Source: Tubiluchus corallicola (taxonomy: Eukaryota > Animalia > Priapulida). From it: 64,000 bases of DNA. Position 1 is the stretch's first letter, and the number at the start of each line of letters is the position of its first letter. The stretch spans positions 248,001 to 312,000 of the forward strand of contig JAQGDQ010000138.1 of the NCBI GenBank assembly GCA_030141605.1. Direction: 5' to 3'. The translations under genes were made by a program, and so were the position numbers. Of the stretch, positions 24,560 through 38,313 are shown one piece after another. Below the pieces are notes generated by a model. The model did not search any database, was not told the DNA's origin, and saw nothing but the letters and a program-made list of their open reading frames with translations.

Positions 24560-27150
24560 TTTATCAAAGGAATCGGACGAACATCGAAGGGTTTTTAGAC
24601 TTATGCGGAGATCTGCTTCCCACTGAGCGCATTCTAGCTTTATTAGAAATTATTTGCACAAAAATAGTATATGTGCAATTTATCCTACTTTTCCGTTTGT
24701 GCCATTTTTCCTGTGCCATCTTTACCTGTATCATTTTTACATTCTAAAGTTACATATGCGGTACAAAATCTCAGCTCGTCAGACTGACTCTAGTCCGTCA
24801 ATCACAAGCTGGAGTGCAGTGGAAATTCAGAACAGCATGTGGACCACACTGTGCTCTTACCATTACAGTAATAACGTAGTTTTGCAACAAGCTAAAGCTA
24901 AAGCGAAAGCCCTTCTTCACTACCTACCAACTGTGAGAGTTTCTTATTTGCTACAGGATTGGTCACAGAAGCTCTTTCCTCTGAAAATTTGGGACTTGAT
25001 AGATTTTACACCCTAGAGTTTTTTACAAGCAGGCAAAAATTTATACAGAAAGACAAAGACACCTTCAATCGTCCTTCATGAACTCGAAATAACAATTATT
25101 AGAGATTGTTGTTCAAACATTTAACTGGAAATGCTTGCTGATGTTGGCAATGTGTTAATCATTAGCAGAAGTGCTTTGAGGAAGGTAAATTTAGAGAAGC
25201 CTACCGGTGCAGTTGACAGGAGTTCTTTTCATGTTTTCGACTTATTTGAGCAAAGAAATTGCCAAGTTTTTAATTCATCTGTGAAAGGGTTTAGGCTGTT
25301 GCAGTTTTCGAACATTTTGCTTTGTTTGCTAAAGAAACACAGAAAATATAAAGTATATACTGACTTATGAGACATCCGACTGTAAGTATAAGATGGGCGA
25401 CATTTTTTTCTCAAACTACATCTCCTCCCTCTCGGTAGATTCAGTCTCCCTCTATCATTCGACTGAAAATGCGCAAGTTCTATTTTGCTCGACAATCAAG
25501 TAGCTCAAAACACACAGAGCGTGTGTGCGTAAGCTGCCATTCCACCCTATACTAATAACTGTAACATTTGCCCCTGGTAAATAAATAATTGTGACTGAAC
25601 AGGTAAATCAATGCTGACTATTGTTCCAGGTCGGCTCGCTATTATTAGCATCTATATTTTATGGCATGATAGTTGAATAGGGCTATTGTTATGACAATGG
25701 AAATATTGCAACATATGGCTCATGAAACGTTCTACGGTGGGGACAGGTGCAGTTAATGGGTGGGGCTTTTAATGAGCAGCTTTGTGGTAGTACACGTTGA
25801 TGTAATGAGTATTGGGTCTGCTATGTGGGCCTTCAGACTGTCTATAGGGTAAGCTAGTTTAGATTAAGTCTAATAGTTGACTACTTTGCAAAAACTCCTT
25901 ATAATCCTTAGCAAGAGATACAAACAACAGATATACTGCTTTGGTTAGCGAGTTGGAATTTGTAGCATATCGGGCTGATTTTACTCTGTTCCAAACTGGA
26001 AACCGGTAACTGCATTTTAAAAGAATGATCAAGCCTTCTGGGAAGTTGGGCTTATTTCAATGTTCGCGAATAATGTTAGAAGGATTTAGTATAAAAAGAT
26101 AACAGAGAAGGAAAAGAAAAAATACAAGTGTGATAAGCGCCGCACACTAAAGTTGCGATCATTTCCGTTTGGCTTGGTGGGTCTTTGGAAAAAGGAGAAA
26201 CCGAGTTGCACGGAGATATGAGTTTCTTACAATGACTCCACCAAGATGAATCGTTAGATTCGGTACGAGTTAGTTTGGAGGAACCTTTTTGGACAACCTT
26301 ATACACAGTTTTTCTTCGCGAATTCGAACGTGAGCGGACACGCTACTTGAAGTTCTTTTATAAAGCATGGGCGGAGCGCTGTTACACCTTGATTAAAATC
26401 ATTTATTTCGAGAAACTATTCTATATAAACAGTTTACGACATTTGGCTATAGCTACAAAAGTCTATTCTCTATTCATCTATTCTCCTACTGTACTGTATA
26501 ATAGGCAAAAAGGTATCAATTGCATGATTATTCGGAATTTGACATTTAAGTGACAGCAGCCAACTTTGGGGTAAATTTCTCATTATTACGCAAATTGTAG
26601 TAACATTTCCTGCCAATATGGTACAGTACTTGAACACATACCTGCTTGCATACAAAACCTGTTTGCCTATATCCGGCACATTTATTTACATAGCGTAGTT
26701 TTAGCGATATTGGATGCTTAAACGTTTTGTGTTGCTTGTGGGTTGTGACAAAATCGCCACAAAGGCCGCAGGCGGAATCTTTTTTCTACGTAAGCCCTTA
26801 ATTGGAATCCAAATCATTCTATATTTAAAATTTGTGAATAACGTGAATTAATAGGCTATAATTGTGACACATTAATTCTCTAGTATGGACTACATTACAA
26901 AATTAAGATATTATCATAATTGTAACATTTGTGGAGTTTGAAACTGGGTATACCCTTATTTGATCGCTGGCTGTGGCATCAAGTTAATCCAATAAAAGTG
27001 TGCATAAACTTAGACTTTGCAACAGCTTCATTGATTTTTCGGAAAGTCAGTTTGTGCCGGTTGTAATTTAATGTTATCGATTAAGCAGCTAGTGTCAACA
27101 GGAGGTTGATGAACTACAATGTGTCAACCAGGTCCTCTTTGTTTCTGTTC
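24560..27150 (+). pseudogene. Long decayed coding region with LRR-like leucine spacing (possible NLR/LRR pseudogene)
   Basis: Extended plus-strand frames broken by isolated stops, for example IVLHELEITII..LADVGNVLIISRSALRKVNLE, INSLRHLAI, IPACIQNLFAYIRHIYL and KSVHKLRLCNSFIDFS. Confidence 0.35.
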
Positions 27151-27676
27151 ATAAGAATATTTAACTTATTGAAAACAGCGTCCTTATGAGATCACTACGG
27201 CTCAATGTGTGTCAACGTCCTAAGTGCAAAATTTTCCAGCGTCAGTTGTTTTAACAGCGATAACGACAGGTATAACGAGTACCAAACCTAGCACTGTATG
27301 GCGACACATGCGCATTATAGCGCGGACGAGCACGAATCGTGCACACAAATGTTCTGCAATTTTGGTACAGAGGCGGAATGAAATAACAGGCAGTAAATTG
27401 ACCGTGCGAGATACAGTGCAGTCATCCAGAATAGAGCATGTGTATACTTTCCCCCAGAAATGCTTTACAATAATATATGTGCACCATATTTCCTACAGCT
27501 TTAAACACATGAGCTCGTATTTGGACCACGTTGCTATCAAAGCGAGAGCTGTTAATTTTTAAGGGCCTGCATTTGAACTTTTGCATACCACCTTAGATTT
27601 TTGAAGACTTCATTTAATTAGCACTATTCAAAAACACAATATTTTACTACTACTAATGCCACCGCCACCTCCATCA

Positions 27677-28371
27677 TTACTTTTTACTACCACCAATATG
27701 TCGCAATCGAGATGTTGCGAGATGTCCTTTGCCTATTTCGGAAGCGTTAAATTTGCTTTGCCCTGAAGAATACTTGTCCATTGTTTTCACTTTGTGGCGA
27801 TCTCTTTTCAGACGTTCTTTGTCAACCTGTCGTCCTTGTCTCGATGGTTCCTTCCCAAAATTCTCTTCCTCTGTGATAATTTTCTCAGGTCTGACAAGTC
27901 GATTGCAATCTCTTTCCTCTATATATATATATATAATTAAACAGTTTAGTAATTTTGATAACAACAGAAAGATTACCTGTCTTCACTTCACATAAAATTA
28001 GAACGAAATCGACAGCTAAATGCTCTCTAGACTGTGGAATGTTGGTCGCGCCTCGGGCTATCTGTCTGAGAGAGAACAACACAACGTTTGCTTAGGTAGC
28101 AATGCAACAGAACGTCAATACTTAATCAAATTATAGCAAAATTTGATGGAACCTGCGAAAATTGTTAATACTAGGCTGGAAACCTTTTAGACACTGAATA
28201 TTGAGCTTGTTGTTATTTTAGTTTTTTGGTGCGTAAACTTGTTTTTAGCTCGATAAAATTACTCATTTCACGTTGTTATTCTTTCTTTTTTTGGTGAACT
28301 AAAACTGAAAAAACTGACAAAGCTTGCACAACTGAAATTAATTAAAAACATTTTACTCACATGTTTATCAT
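27677..28371 (-). CDS. Hypothetical 113-aa three-exon ORF (28361-28371, 27977-28065, 27677-27918); may be a lncRNA
   Basis: Canonical sites AT|GTGAGT, ctctctcAG, CAG|GTAATC and tatatAG. Phases 2 and 1 join into one open frame MINIQIARG...GGSKK*. No recognisable domain. Confidence 0.3.
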
Positions 28372-28889
28372 GACCCCAGTGTGTTAAACCAAGGTTTCTT
28401 TGAAGGTCGTGGCGTTTCGAATGGACAGTATATTGAAATAATTTTTAACTGCAACATCGATTTTGTGTAATGCAGTACATACTTGAATTTTCGCGTTAGT
28501 TTAATGAAAAACTTGTTACCCACGCGAAAATACAATCAAATTATTCCTGTGATTGAAATACAACAAGTAACTGTTAAGAGGTGGCGATAAGGGTTATCAT
28601 CGTGGTTAAAGATTATTCAGTAAGAAATGGTAAATAATTTCAACTCTTTGTTCCACTTTTTGTAATTTCGTTTATAATTTTTATCTGTGGTCAAGGTCAT
28701 CAATTTAAAATGTAACCTCCCTTACTAATGTGTATTGTAGTGTGACAAATAGATACCAGGATAATACGGCTAACACCGTCCATGACAAGGTTCAAAAGTC
28801 ACTGGAGAGTCATAATTTAAAAAAAGTTGTTCAGTGACAGTGTAGTAGCGTGTCACCAAACTCATTTTCTTTTCCGACTTCAGAAGAAA

Positions 28890-28937
28890 CACAAACACGC
28901 ACGCGCGCTCACACACACACACACACACACACACACA
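28890..28937. repeat. (CA)n microsatellite
   Basis: Run of acacacac. Confidence 0.9.
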
Positions 28938-29539
28938 TAACCTTACAGCCTGTCACAAGTGCCCGAGATTTCACTTTAAATGTTATTTACCATGCTCCTG
29001 TTCACGTTCAATAACATCTCACAATGGTCATCCTACAGTCACTGCGATCGCTTAAAACATAAATAAGTAGAGATGATAAAATCTGTAGCAAAACTTAGCA
29101 ATGATCCAGGCTTTCTATTTTACCGATAAATTACACAGAAAACAAAATCATAAAACTGTAAAAACGCAACAATTTATTTGCGCAGTGCACAGTCCTCAAA
29201 GCTACGGTACAGTTTTGTAACCGCAACGTGATCTCGCAATTTATTTGCAGTAAAAAACATACACGTGTTGTCATAAAACGCAGGAATTTAAGGAACTTCA
29301 CTTAGCAACATACCAAAAAGCGTGGCCCTAGCTCAAAAACTGTAGGAGAAGATTCTACCCAAATGAAACAAAAAACGTTGTCCACTTCGTGACCTTTGAC
29401 CCGGGGCTATCGCATCACTTATAAACATAAATGGCCTCCATTTTTGTAATGAGTCCGGAAAAGATGTTTATGTAACGGTAACTAACTGCTTGTTATAAGA
29501 AATGAGTAACAGGGTGCTATTCCTACATTAAGGTGTCTA

Positions 29540-29740
29540 TTACGTCAAGGTGCGTTATCTAAAGAAACCTTTCTGTGGGCTGGACCAAGATGATTCCTGT
29601 CATAACAACTCTCCATCCTCTTGGGTGTCCTGATGAAGATGATCTTCTAGTCGTAACGTCACTTGATTTCCGTACAATGCTCGTTACCAAATGTAACTGC
29701 ATCTATGCCCACTGAACAGTATTTAGTACAATAAACTTGC
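29540..29740 (+). mobile_element. Penelope-like element end with a degenerate minimal hammerhead ribozyme core
   Basis: CTGATGA-agatgatcttctagtc-GTAAC-GTC at 29630-29660 (GAAA changed to GTAA), AATAAA at 29730, and upstream YLKKPFCGLDQDDSCHNNSP resembling a GIY-YIG C-terminus (LNRDxG). Confidence 0.45.
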
Positions 29741-32700
29741 TATTGTTCTTTTCCTTTCCTTCTCAAAAATAACAAAAGCCTAGTCAACATCTGAGATGTA
29801 AACTTACCTTTTCAAAAAACAAAAAATATGTTTGACAAATAAGCCAAAGTAAACAGAAGCATAATATCAAGTCGTTGGATATCTTAAACTTTAAACTGCA
29901 ATATAAAAATACTCCCTTCGATCATTATCATTATAAAGGAAGTTGTTAGTAGAAAAACAACAGTTTAAACTCGGTTTTGATCCTTTAGGCACACGAAACT
30001 ATGAGCTCCCAAATCAAGATTCAACCCGCCGCAGGATACAACGTCTTATAATTTTATTCCACTAAATCTACTGAACGAAATACACTAGTATATAAACCTT
30101 TTTGACAGTCAGTCAACCACCGGCAGCTCCATCGGCCATTTGACTAATGGGTTCGCTCATTCGGTCCAAGCAAATAAAAAAGGACAAAAAGGCAAGAAGT
30201 AGCAAATGATGCTACTTATTCAGTTTGTCAGATAGCCCGAAACAATCAATCAGTCCAGCAATTAATCACTGAGTTATCGCCACCAACTAAATCAGGTTTT
30301 TAGTAAGTCGGTGAGTAAGCCATGTAATCAAGTCAATGAGCTACTTAATCAAACGATTAGTAATTCAATTGGTTAATCAGTCAGTCATTGAACCAACGAT
30401 ATTAGTCAGTCAGACAGTCTTTTAGCTTTACATCTGTCATTTAACTTTAATAAAATCTTTGTGAAGAGTACATTTACAAACTAATTCATAACGACTCAAT
30501 ATTATAATGTATGCATTGCTGTGCATAATATCCAATTTTTGACATTTTGGTTTTTGAAATTCATAAAAATGCTTATCTGAAATCTAACAAAAGTTAACAC
30601 CAGTCACATCAAATGTTATCAAGGACGACGGCTTGAATCCATTATTATTTACTAGATGACTGTAATATTGGCTACACTGCATAAGTTACATTTTTCAGTG
30701 TAACAAATTACTAACTTAGTAACTACTCCGTAACTTACGCGCAATTTTGTAATACTGCATCACCTTCATCCAAAAAGGTGACAGAGATGTGAAATAAAAT
30801 TGGAATTTGACATTTTGGATTGGTCTATTATGCATTACGTGTCTTTAATTAAAAGATATTTCTTTTGCAATATATTACTGCGTGCAAGAAGGTAGGGTGA
30901 CTTCGTTTCTTACCGCGCTATTTTTTTATCATGGATTTTTTATGATTTTAAACGGCTAAAATTCTAGTCGGATATAAAAGTGCCATGCTTTTGTCGTTTA
31001 CAAATTATTACAACACATTGTTATTATTATAATTATACGAGTACCACAATTCATTACTTTGTGACATTCCTAGAAACCACGTAATTATAACAAAACTTCA
31101 GGTTATGCCCGTCTGCTTTCTTCTGACTCGTTAAGGTGACCTTCGGTGTCGTCCAGTTACCTGTCTACTGTAAATCATTAACACACCTGTTATGATCAAA
31201 CCGACTAGGTTGGCACAAGGTGTATCAAGCAAGTTAATAGATTACTTAGCAATGTTGAAATTCATATGCAACCCTCATAACATACTAATGAATGTCAGGG
31301 CCTAGACGTAGTTAATAAATCAAACCTCAAACCAGAACAAGCGGTATAAGTTCGAATATTTTACTGAACTAAAGGCTTAACTGATTTGGCTAGCTAGCGT
31401 GTTAAAAAAACAAGTATCAAACATGATGCAAACAGAACTTTAGCTAACACAACAAAAAGAAATGTCATCACGTCATACTGGAACTGTGTGTCTACGGGAA
31501 CTGGGTTGATAAAAGCAGATTTCCCAAGCCAAAGTTCACATTAAAAGCCACTGAGCTCTGCCAGCTCAATGCGGTAGGCCCCTTATATCCTGAAGTATGC
31601 GCATTAATATTATCTTTTGACAACCGGGAGAAATCTTAAGTTCGGAAATTGATTTTCTGTGGATAATGAGACTGAAGTTTGAAGTTTTGTCGGATGTTGG
31701 GCTTAGTATTATGGTTTATCACTGTTAAAGAACAACGATTGTTTGTTTAATTAAGCTAACCAATCAGTTAGCTAAAATGAAAAATGCTGTGCTAATGTAA
31801 CTTCACAAAAAATTCCAACAGAATGTGCCCCATTACCGTGGCTGGCATGCATTCCTTACTTTTGTCCGCATACGAAAATATGACTGCATTACTAGACACC
31901 TTGGTCAAACAACATGAAGTCGAGTTTTGTGTTCAAAAACTATGTAGATCTAGATAAGCCTAAGCAAACAACAGCAGAGGATAAGCCGAATCGCTACCAA
32001 AAAACCCACAAAGGGTCGGGTGTTTGGAGGGTGAGGTCACCAAGGTCAGCCGGCAGTAACTAAACATCGTCTATTTGCATAAGTAGCACAGACAAAAATT
32101 TTATTCATCCGCAAATTATTAATCACAACATTTCCCAACTGATGCAGTTAGGACCGTTTCAAATATTAACACGCAGAAATATAAATATATATACATATTA
32201 TTGTTTCTACATTCGTGATTAAACATCTTTAAGTTTAGTGCTCTAGACGACAAGGTTGCATGGACTTTCTTTTGTCTTTTGCTTTTACTTTTGTGAGTTT
32301 CTTGCACGCAGCTGTTTATATAGTCCCAAATAGCTTATACATCTTTGTCTTAAACCTTCGAATACTAGGTCCTATGCGCGAAAAGTTAGTATTGGCACTA
32401 TATATATAGTTATTTGTTGTATAAGTATTAGTTAGGCAATCGGGTAGTACCGTAGCACAATGAAGAATGGTAACTTTTTGTTACGTTAATATGATATACC
32501 AGTTTAGCCGATTTTGAAAATGCAAGGAAACCTACGTATTCTAAATACTTAACTGGCATGGCCATATTATGCGAATGCATAATGCACATAATTATAGTTA
32601 AATTCCTCCACGTGACCAACAATCAATAAATTGGTATTCTTATTCTCCAACCTTGAATCTAAAGAGAATTGTTCCCGGTTCATTTTTACCTAGAGCTTTG

Positions 32701-33159
32701 ATACAATGTCTGTTTTAATTAGCTTTGGAATTTTAATAATTATTGACTTTGTTGCTGTAATTCATTTCAAGTAGGGCCTTACCCAGATGATTATCAACAA
32801 CTTGAGAATTCTTGCAGAGTTGAATGTTCGCGAAATAACATAAGGGTTTTAAAAAATTGCCAATGTCGTCATTACATTTTGTTATTTCAGGTGTGCAACG
32901 GCAGTCACTCCTCCCACACAAGCATAAGGGTTAGATTTGTCCGGAAGGCAAATCGAAACCAATTCAGTTTTTTAGGTGGAAATTCAAAATAAAATTGGAC
33001 TCAAGCAGCGATTTAATCACCACAAACATGAGCTTCGTTGGTTAGAGACATAGGAGTTTTTGTGTTAATTAAGTGTTTCCGTAACCTATGCTCACATCAC
33101 GAAATTAGGTCCCAAATAGCGCTTACAAGCTGACATTGCTACATACAAAACCAAAACTA

Positions 33160-33886
33160 AACAGAACAAACTCTGTCCAGAAAGCTTATGTGACATGGTT
33201 AATCTGAGAGAAAGCTTCTATCAAATGCGATACAATAACATTTTACATATTACCAGAATGCGCACAAAATTATATGGAAAAAGTTTTCGATATTCAGCTT
33301 CTAAAATTTGGAATGAGTTGCCCTTGGAATCATTTGCGCATAGTCACTAACTGTAATGGGTCATATAACTATAATTTATTATAATAATAACAAATGGAGG
33401 GGGGACGCATGTAGATGCTCAGCATGTACTGCATAATTATTTTTCAGTACTCTGTATCTACAGTTTTTAGTGAATCAGTTTTAGTATTTTCTGATCATTT
33501 GGTCTCTGTATAATCTTTTCATATTCTCAGAAATGATGCTCACATTTTTAATTATTTCTACTATTCAATTTTTGTCACTGTCTTGTCTTTATCCTTGCTT
33601 GATTGACTTTGTGTTGTATTTAATGCAGAATACCCCATTTTCAGTTTTTTCATCTTTTGATTTTTGTTGTATGTCTGTTTTAGTAAAATTTTTAGCATCG
33701 TGTATTTTAGACGGTACGAATAGGCCTATTTGGATAACCTTTTCCGTTACACAACCGACTTTAAATAAAAATTATGTATGTATGTATGTATGTATGTATG
33801 TATGTATGTATGTATGTATGTATGTATGTATGTATGTATGTATGTATGTATGTATGTATGTATGTATGTATGTATGTATGTATGTA
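33160..33886 (+). mobile_element. L2/CR1-group LINE 3' end terminating in a (TATG)n tail
   Basis: PRMRTKLYGKSFRYSASKIWNELP-like RT C-terminal motif at about 33250-33325, a T-rich UTR, and aataaaaa followed directly by a (TATG)n array. Confidence 0.65.
33773..33886. repeat. (TATG)n microsatellite, about 28 units
   Basis: Perfect tatgtatg array. Confidence 0.95.
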
Positions 33887-36861
33887 CGTAAACTCTTGTT
33901 TTACATTGTAATTGTTATTATGCAGATTAAAAGAATGATCGCAGTCATAGCGTGCATTTGCACAGCCTACAGTAATTTTATCACGTAATCTTTAATGCGT
34001 TATGTACCATGCTGCTTGCCAAGTTACCACTTGGCACACGTTGGAAGGCCAATGTTAAGATGTTTAAGGAAAGAGTTCTAGCCGATTTAAAGAATGTTGA
34101 AAATTCCAATATTCATTATGAATATTGAAAAATTCCAATGTGAAGCAAAAACTTTCCTCAACAGTTTCAAGAGCGGAAAATCAAAGTGAAACTGAGCTTA
34201 CAGCAGGGCAATTTCAGACCCGGACCCAAAGTTTAGTGACCTCATAGATAAGTCCAAAGTGAAAAGAAAAAGTAACTTTTGTCACAGGACAGGGGGAAAG
34301 GAGTTACAAATTAATAATGCGCCATAAAACAAGTGAGGAAGAGTCTTGAGAATGCTGTCATATGGCTCCAAAATGCCCTCAAATGCAGTAAAGTGCATTA
34401 GCGGCCAGGACTTTATAATTGCAGCGCAGAGATGTTGCACTCATCTTTAACTGACTCGAGGAGCTTGATACTTTAATCATTGCTTTAGGGAACATTCCAA
34501 GAATTCAGACTCACACCGAGAATACTAGACTGTAGATTGGTCAGCCTGACCTTGAAAAAGCCTGCATCTTTTACGAACATATAAAACATGTTTATAACCT
34601 ACCAGTTGTATGAACCTTAATTGATTTTTGATTATGATGCAGTCATAATTATCCTTTTCTATTAGATATACCGTGTGTCATAAAATTATATGGAGTTAGC
34701 ATTACCTAGTGATTTAATTATCTCTGTTTCTGCACCACAATTTCGCTCATTTAAAGCCAAATTATGTCACATGAAACCGTTCTTCAAAGTTCATAATTTT
34801 AACATTTTATTCGTTACCAGATAGAATACTACAAATTTTACAAAACAAGGCCTACGGTTCAGATGGATCTGCTCAATTTTTGTATTTTTCTTATACACTT
34901 TGTCCAGTCTACAAACCAAAATCTAGCATACAACGGTTATGCCTACCTAATGTAGATGATTGTGGCAGAACAGGGATTTAGCCAATTATCAAGGATAATC
35001 CTTTGAGAAGAGACGTTAAACAGCCAGAAATCGTTGTACATTACAGCTGATTAACTTGGCAATTCTTCAGACGGCTATATATCCATTTACTGCTGAGGTT
35101 TCATTTTGCTTAAGTTCGGTTACTAAGCGCGTACGTTGTGGCTCAGCAAAGTTAAACCCTTTGCCAAGAGCAAGACAAACAGTGTATAGAAACAAATTGA
35201 GCGGTCGAGCAAAAAAACAAACAAAACAAAAAGTAATGACAACAATGCTAACGGTCACTAGTTTTCAATAACAACTTCTATAAATTATGGATCAGTTTCA
35301 ATATATTGATAAAAATATATAATGAAAGATCTGCCTGACAAATTCTACTAGTTATATAACACTTACCCTCATCTTTCTGAGCCTTATCTCGACTGTTTAC
35401 TTAGGTGCTCATGTATTACTCTCCCATTTTTTCTCTAATTTTTACGGTGGAGGCTAGCCACTCTGTATGAATACTGAACATTGGCTAAATTGCTAGAACT
35501 TTTTACAAATTATGCTACATGCAATAAGTTAAAGGGTTAACCTTTATAGATGGAGCCTTTTAAAGATGTGTATCTATACTATTGCCTGAATTCATTTACA
35601 ATACTGAAAAGCCTCGAATAAAAATAGCGTTATTATTCGCAAACGCCAGTTATAAATTTCTAAGATATAGTTCAAGCGGAGGAAAACCTGTTGTGCGTCT
35701 GTTTACCTTGCGATTTACCAAAATTCCAAAGTTGATTTAAAAATTGCTGCGGCCCAAAACCTCGCCAACACCCAAACCAAACAGAATGATGGGAGTGTTG
35801 GTAGATTGTTAGACTAAATAGTTCTTGTACAAAAGAGGATTGGCAAACGTGTCTACATGCATACGTACATGTACGTATAGCCTGCGTAACGTTGTGCTTA
35901 AATAGCTAGACCTGCGTGCTGTACATATGAGCAATTTCAAGTAAGCAGTAACACTCGATCAAATTAATTAAAGAAACAATAAAATTTAAGATTATGTGAA
36001 TGAAGAAATAACTCGACTATTTAATGATTACAAGGGAAATAAATAAACAAATATGTCTGTGCGTTGTTTAGCCATGCCCATATGTTGAACCAAATGTGGT
36101 GTACCACAAGAATCGAATGACCGCGGGAAAATTTTAGGCTAATATCAGTTTAGGCTACTGTCCCGTCTTCAATGGCGACAGAAATACAGTTCAAACTAGC
36201 ACTTTTTATGACGTTCTACTACATATAGTCGGCCAGTGTGCATTTTTTATTTAATTCAGTCTTTAGAGTTTTTAGGAGGTGCCGAACTCGACATCTCACT
36301 CTCTCCTAATAACGACATCCTATATGGCAACCAAAATGTTGTCCTTTATAACACTCGCAACGCCGATGGACTCAGCTAATAACAGTTACTTGCACTAGAG
36401 AGAAAATCTACATCGATTTTCACAGAGCAATGATAAATAAAACGTACCAAAAATGAACAGTGAATTAACACAATGTGACATGAAGGATGCTAGAACACAT
36501 CGTTATAGACACCCATTTGTGATTCTAGCAGCATGTTTAATTATTAATGACAACATTGATTGATGACAAGTTACGGTCATACTTGACCCCTGCACGTATG
36601 TACGTTAGCTTGTCAATCAACCAATGAAAATTTTTTCTTGATTAGGTTTTAATTTCTGTTAGAACGAATCATTTGCAACATAGTAAGGGCTCATTTGATG
36701 TGACTGGTTGTGGATGGACTGGAATCTATTCACTGCCTAGGATAATTTTCGTATAGAGATCGGCAGAGATATCTTTGCTATGTTTGGATATATTACGCCC
36801 CTTACGCACCATGAACAGCCAAGGGCAGCGTACAAATGGAAGCTCAGAAACAGTTGTCTTA

Positions 36862-37509
36862 GGCCCATTTCACAGTGAGGGCGCAAAAAAAAATCACGCC
36901 GGAATTGCTGTCAAAAAATTTTCTGAAAATTTTCGATTTTTCTCGAATTCCAATGTAGCAAGACAGTTCATTTCACAGTGAAATCGCGCGGTTTTTCCGC
37001 GTGTCCAGTTAGCTGCAGCTATTTTGCGAGTTTTATACTGTATAACCATGTCTAAATTAAGTTATACTTACCGTATTTCTCATATGCAAAGTACACTTAA
37101 CAATGTTAGTCAATATAATGCCAGATCTGTTTGTTTTTCCACAAAGTTCTACCAACTACTTCAAAATCTGAAAATATACATATATAAAACAAATAAACAC
37201 GTGCGTTATTTTCCTTTTTTAACGAATATAACCATCGACGTTGCATTAACAAAACATAAAATCGTCAGACTGTTAAAACTGTTGTTCCGTTAAATGAGAA
37301 GGGAGTAACCGAGTAGTTAAATTTAAGACCGAATTGCGAGAGGATTCCTCACGAAAATGAAATATGCATTATTTCTACCATGCGGCAAAATTCCTCACGA
37401 GAAGGGCGCATAGCTTCTAGCTGGCGGCAGAATTCCTGTGAAATACGCCATGAAAACAATGATTTCTCCTCGAGGCATTTTGCTGCGCATCCTCACAGTG
37501 AAATGAGCC
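36862..37509. mobile_element. PIF/Harbinger (Tourist-like) MITE
   Basis: TIRs GGCCCATTTCACAGTGAGG ... CCTCACAGTGAAATGAGCC with a 3-bp TTA target-site duplication (36859-36861 and 37510-37512). Confidence 0.85.
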
Positions 37510-37539
37510 TTAGTCACCCATCAACTGACAACGTTGGGG

Positions 37540-37672
37540 ACAGGAGAGGACAGGAATTTTTGGAGCACAGCACAGCAAAGCAGAAAAAAGAAGAGGAGAG
37601 GCGAGGAGAGATGAGAGAATAGAAGGAAGGAGAAGAGAGAGAGAGAATGATAAAAAGAGGAGGAAAAAGCAA
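37540..37672. repeat. Polypurine (GA-rich) low-complexity tract
   Basis: gaagaggagaggcgaggagagatgagag..., almost free of pyrimidines. Confidence 0.8.
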
Positions 37673-38273
37673 GGGTGTTAAACTATCAACTTACAGGGCG
37701 CATTTTCACGCTTATACTATTCCTGAACCATTTCGTTTTTGAACATTGTTTTGTAAGATAGAATAATACTAAAGTCTTCTTAAAACAATAGCGAGAAAGT
37801 CGTCAGAAGGATGACTCAATAAGGCATCTTAACTTACACATATTTTTTGTTTTCTCCAGTTTTTTTTTTAGTTTTGAGTCGAAGTCTCATAGTTAACGAT
37901 AAAACATTATCTGTACTGGATTTGGGAAGTTACTATATATGTATATGCTCATCACTAACATGTTTAAAATGGACTCGATACGATTAATTTAACTATAAAA
38001 GTACACTAAAATGAATTGTAAAATGCACAAAACGTAATATTTTATAATACATTTTCCCTTTAAAATGCAAGCGCTTGTGATCTCTGCATCTGCCTTTTCC
38101 CAGGAAAAAATAATCAGCTCAAACATCAAAACATCAAAAAACAAAAAAATGCATGATGTAAAAATATAGTTTACTGAAAACGTATCTTAGAAACAAGAAA
38201 ATATACAACTCGATTTCTATTCAGCAACTTCAGCCGTATAGTAAAGTAGACTGCATTTATCAATTTAAATCAA

Positions 38274-38277
<4 letters not shown>

Positions 38278-38312
<35 letters not shown>
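38278..38312. repeat. (TA)n microsatellite
   Basis: Perfect TA run; similar runs at 9812-9829, 24307-24340 and 62145-62178. Confidence 0.9.

Positions 38313-38313
<1 letters not shown>

Noticed and set aside
32733-32960. Cys-containing stretch with NPYAC and ICLP resembling LRR-CT or trypsin motifs
   Set aside because: Only 4-5 residues match and the surrounding frames are closed; too weak to call.
33533-33988. 151-aa ORF with YVCM repeats
   Set aside because: Translation of a (TATG)n microsatellite and a LINE 3' UTR.
34000-34290. TRW motif suggesting a hAT transposase relic
   Set aside because: A single short motif with no continuous supporting frame.
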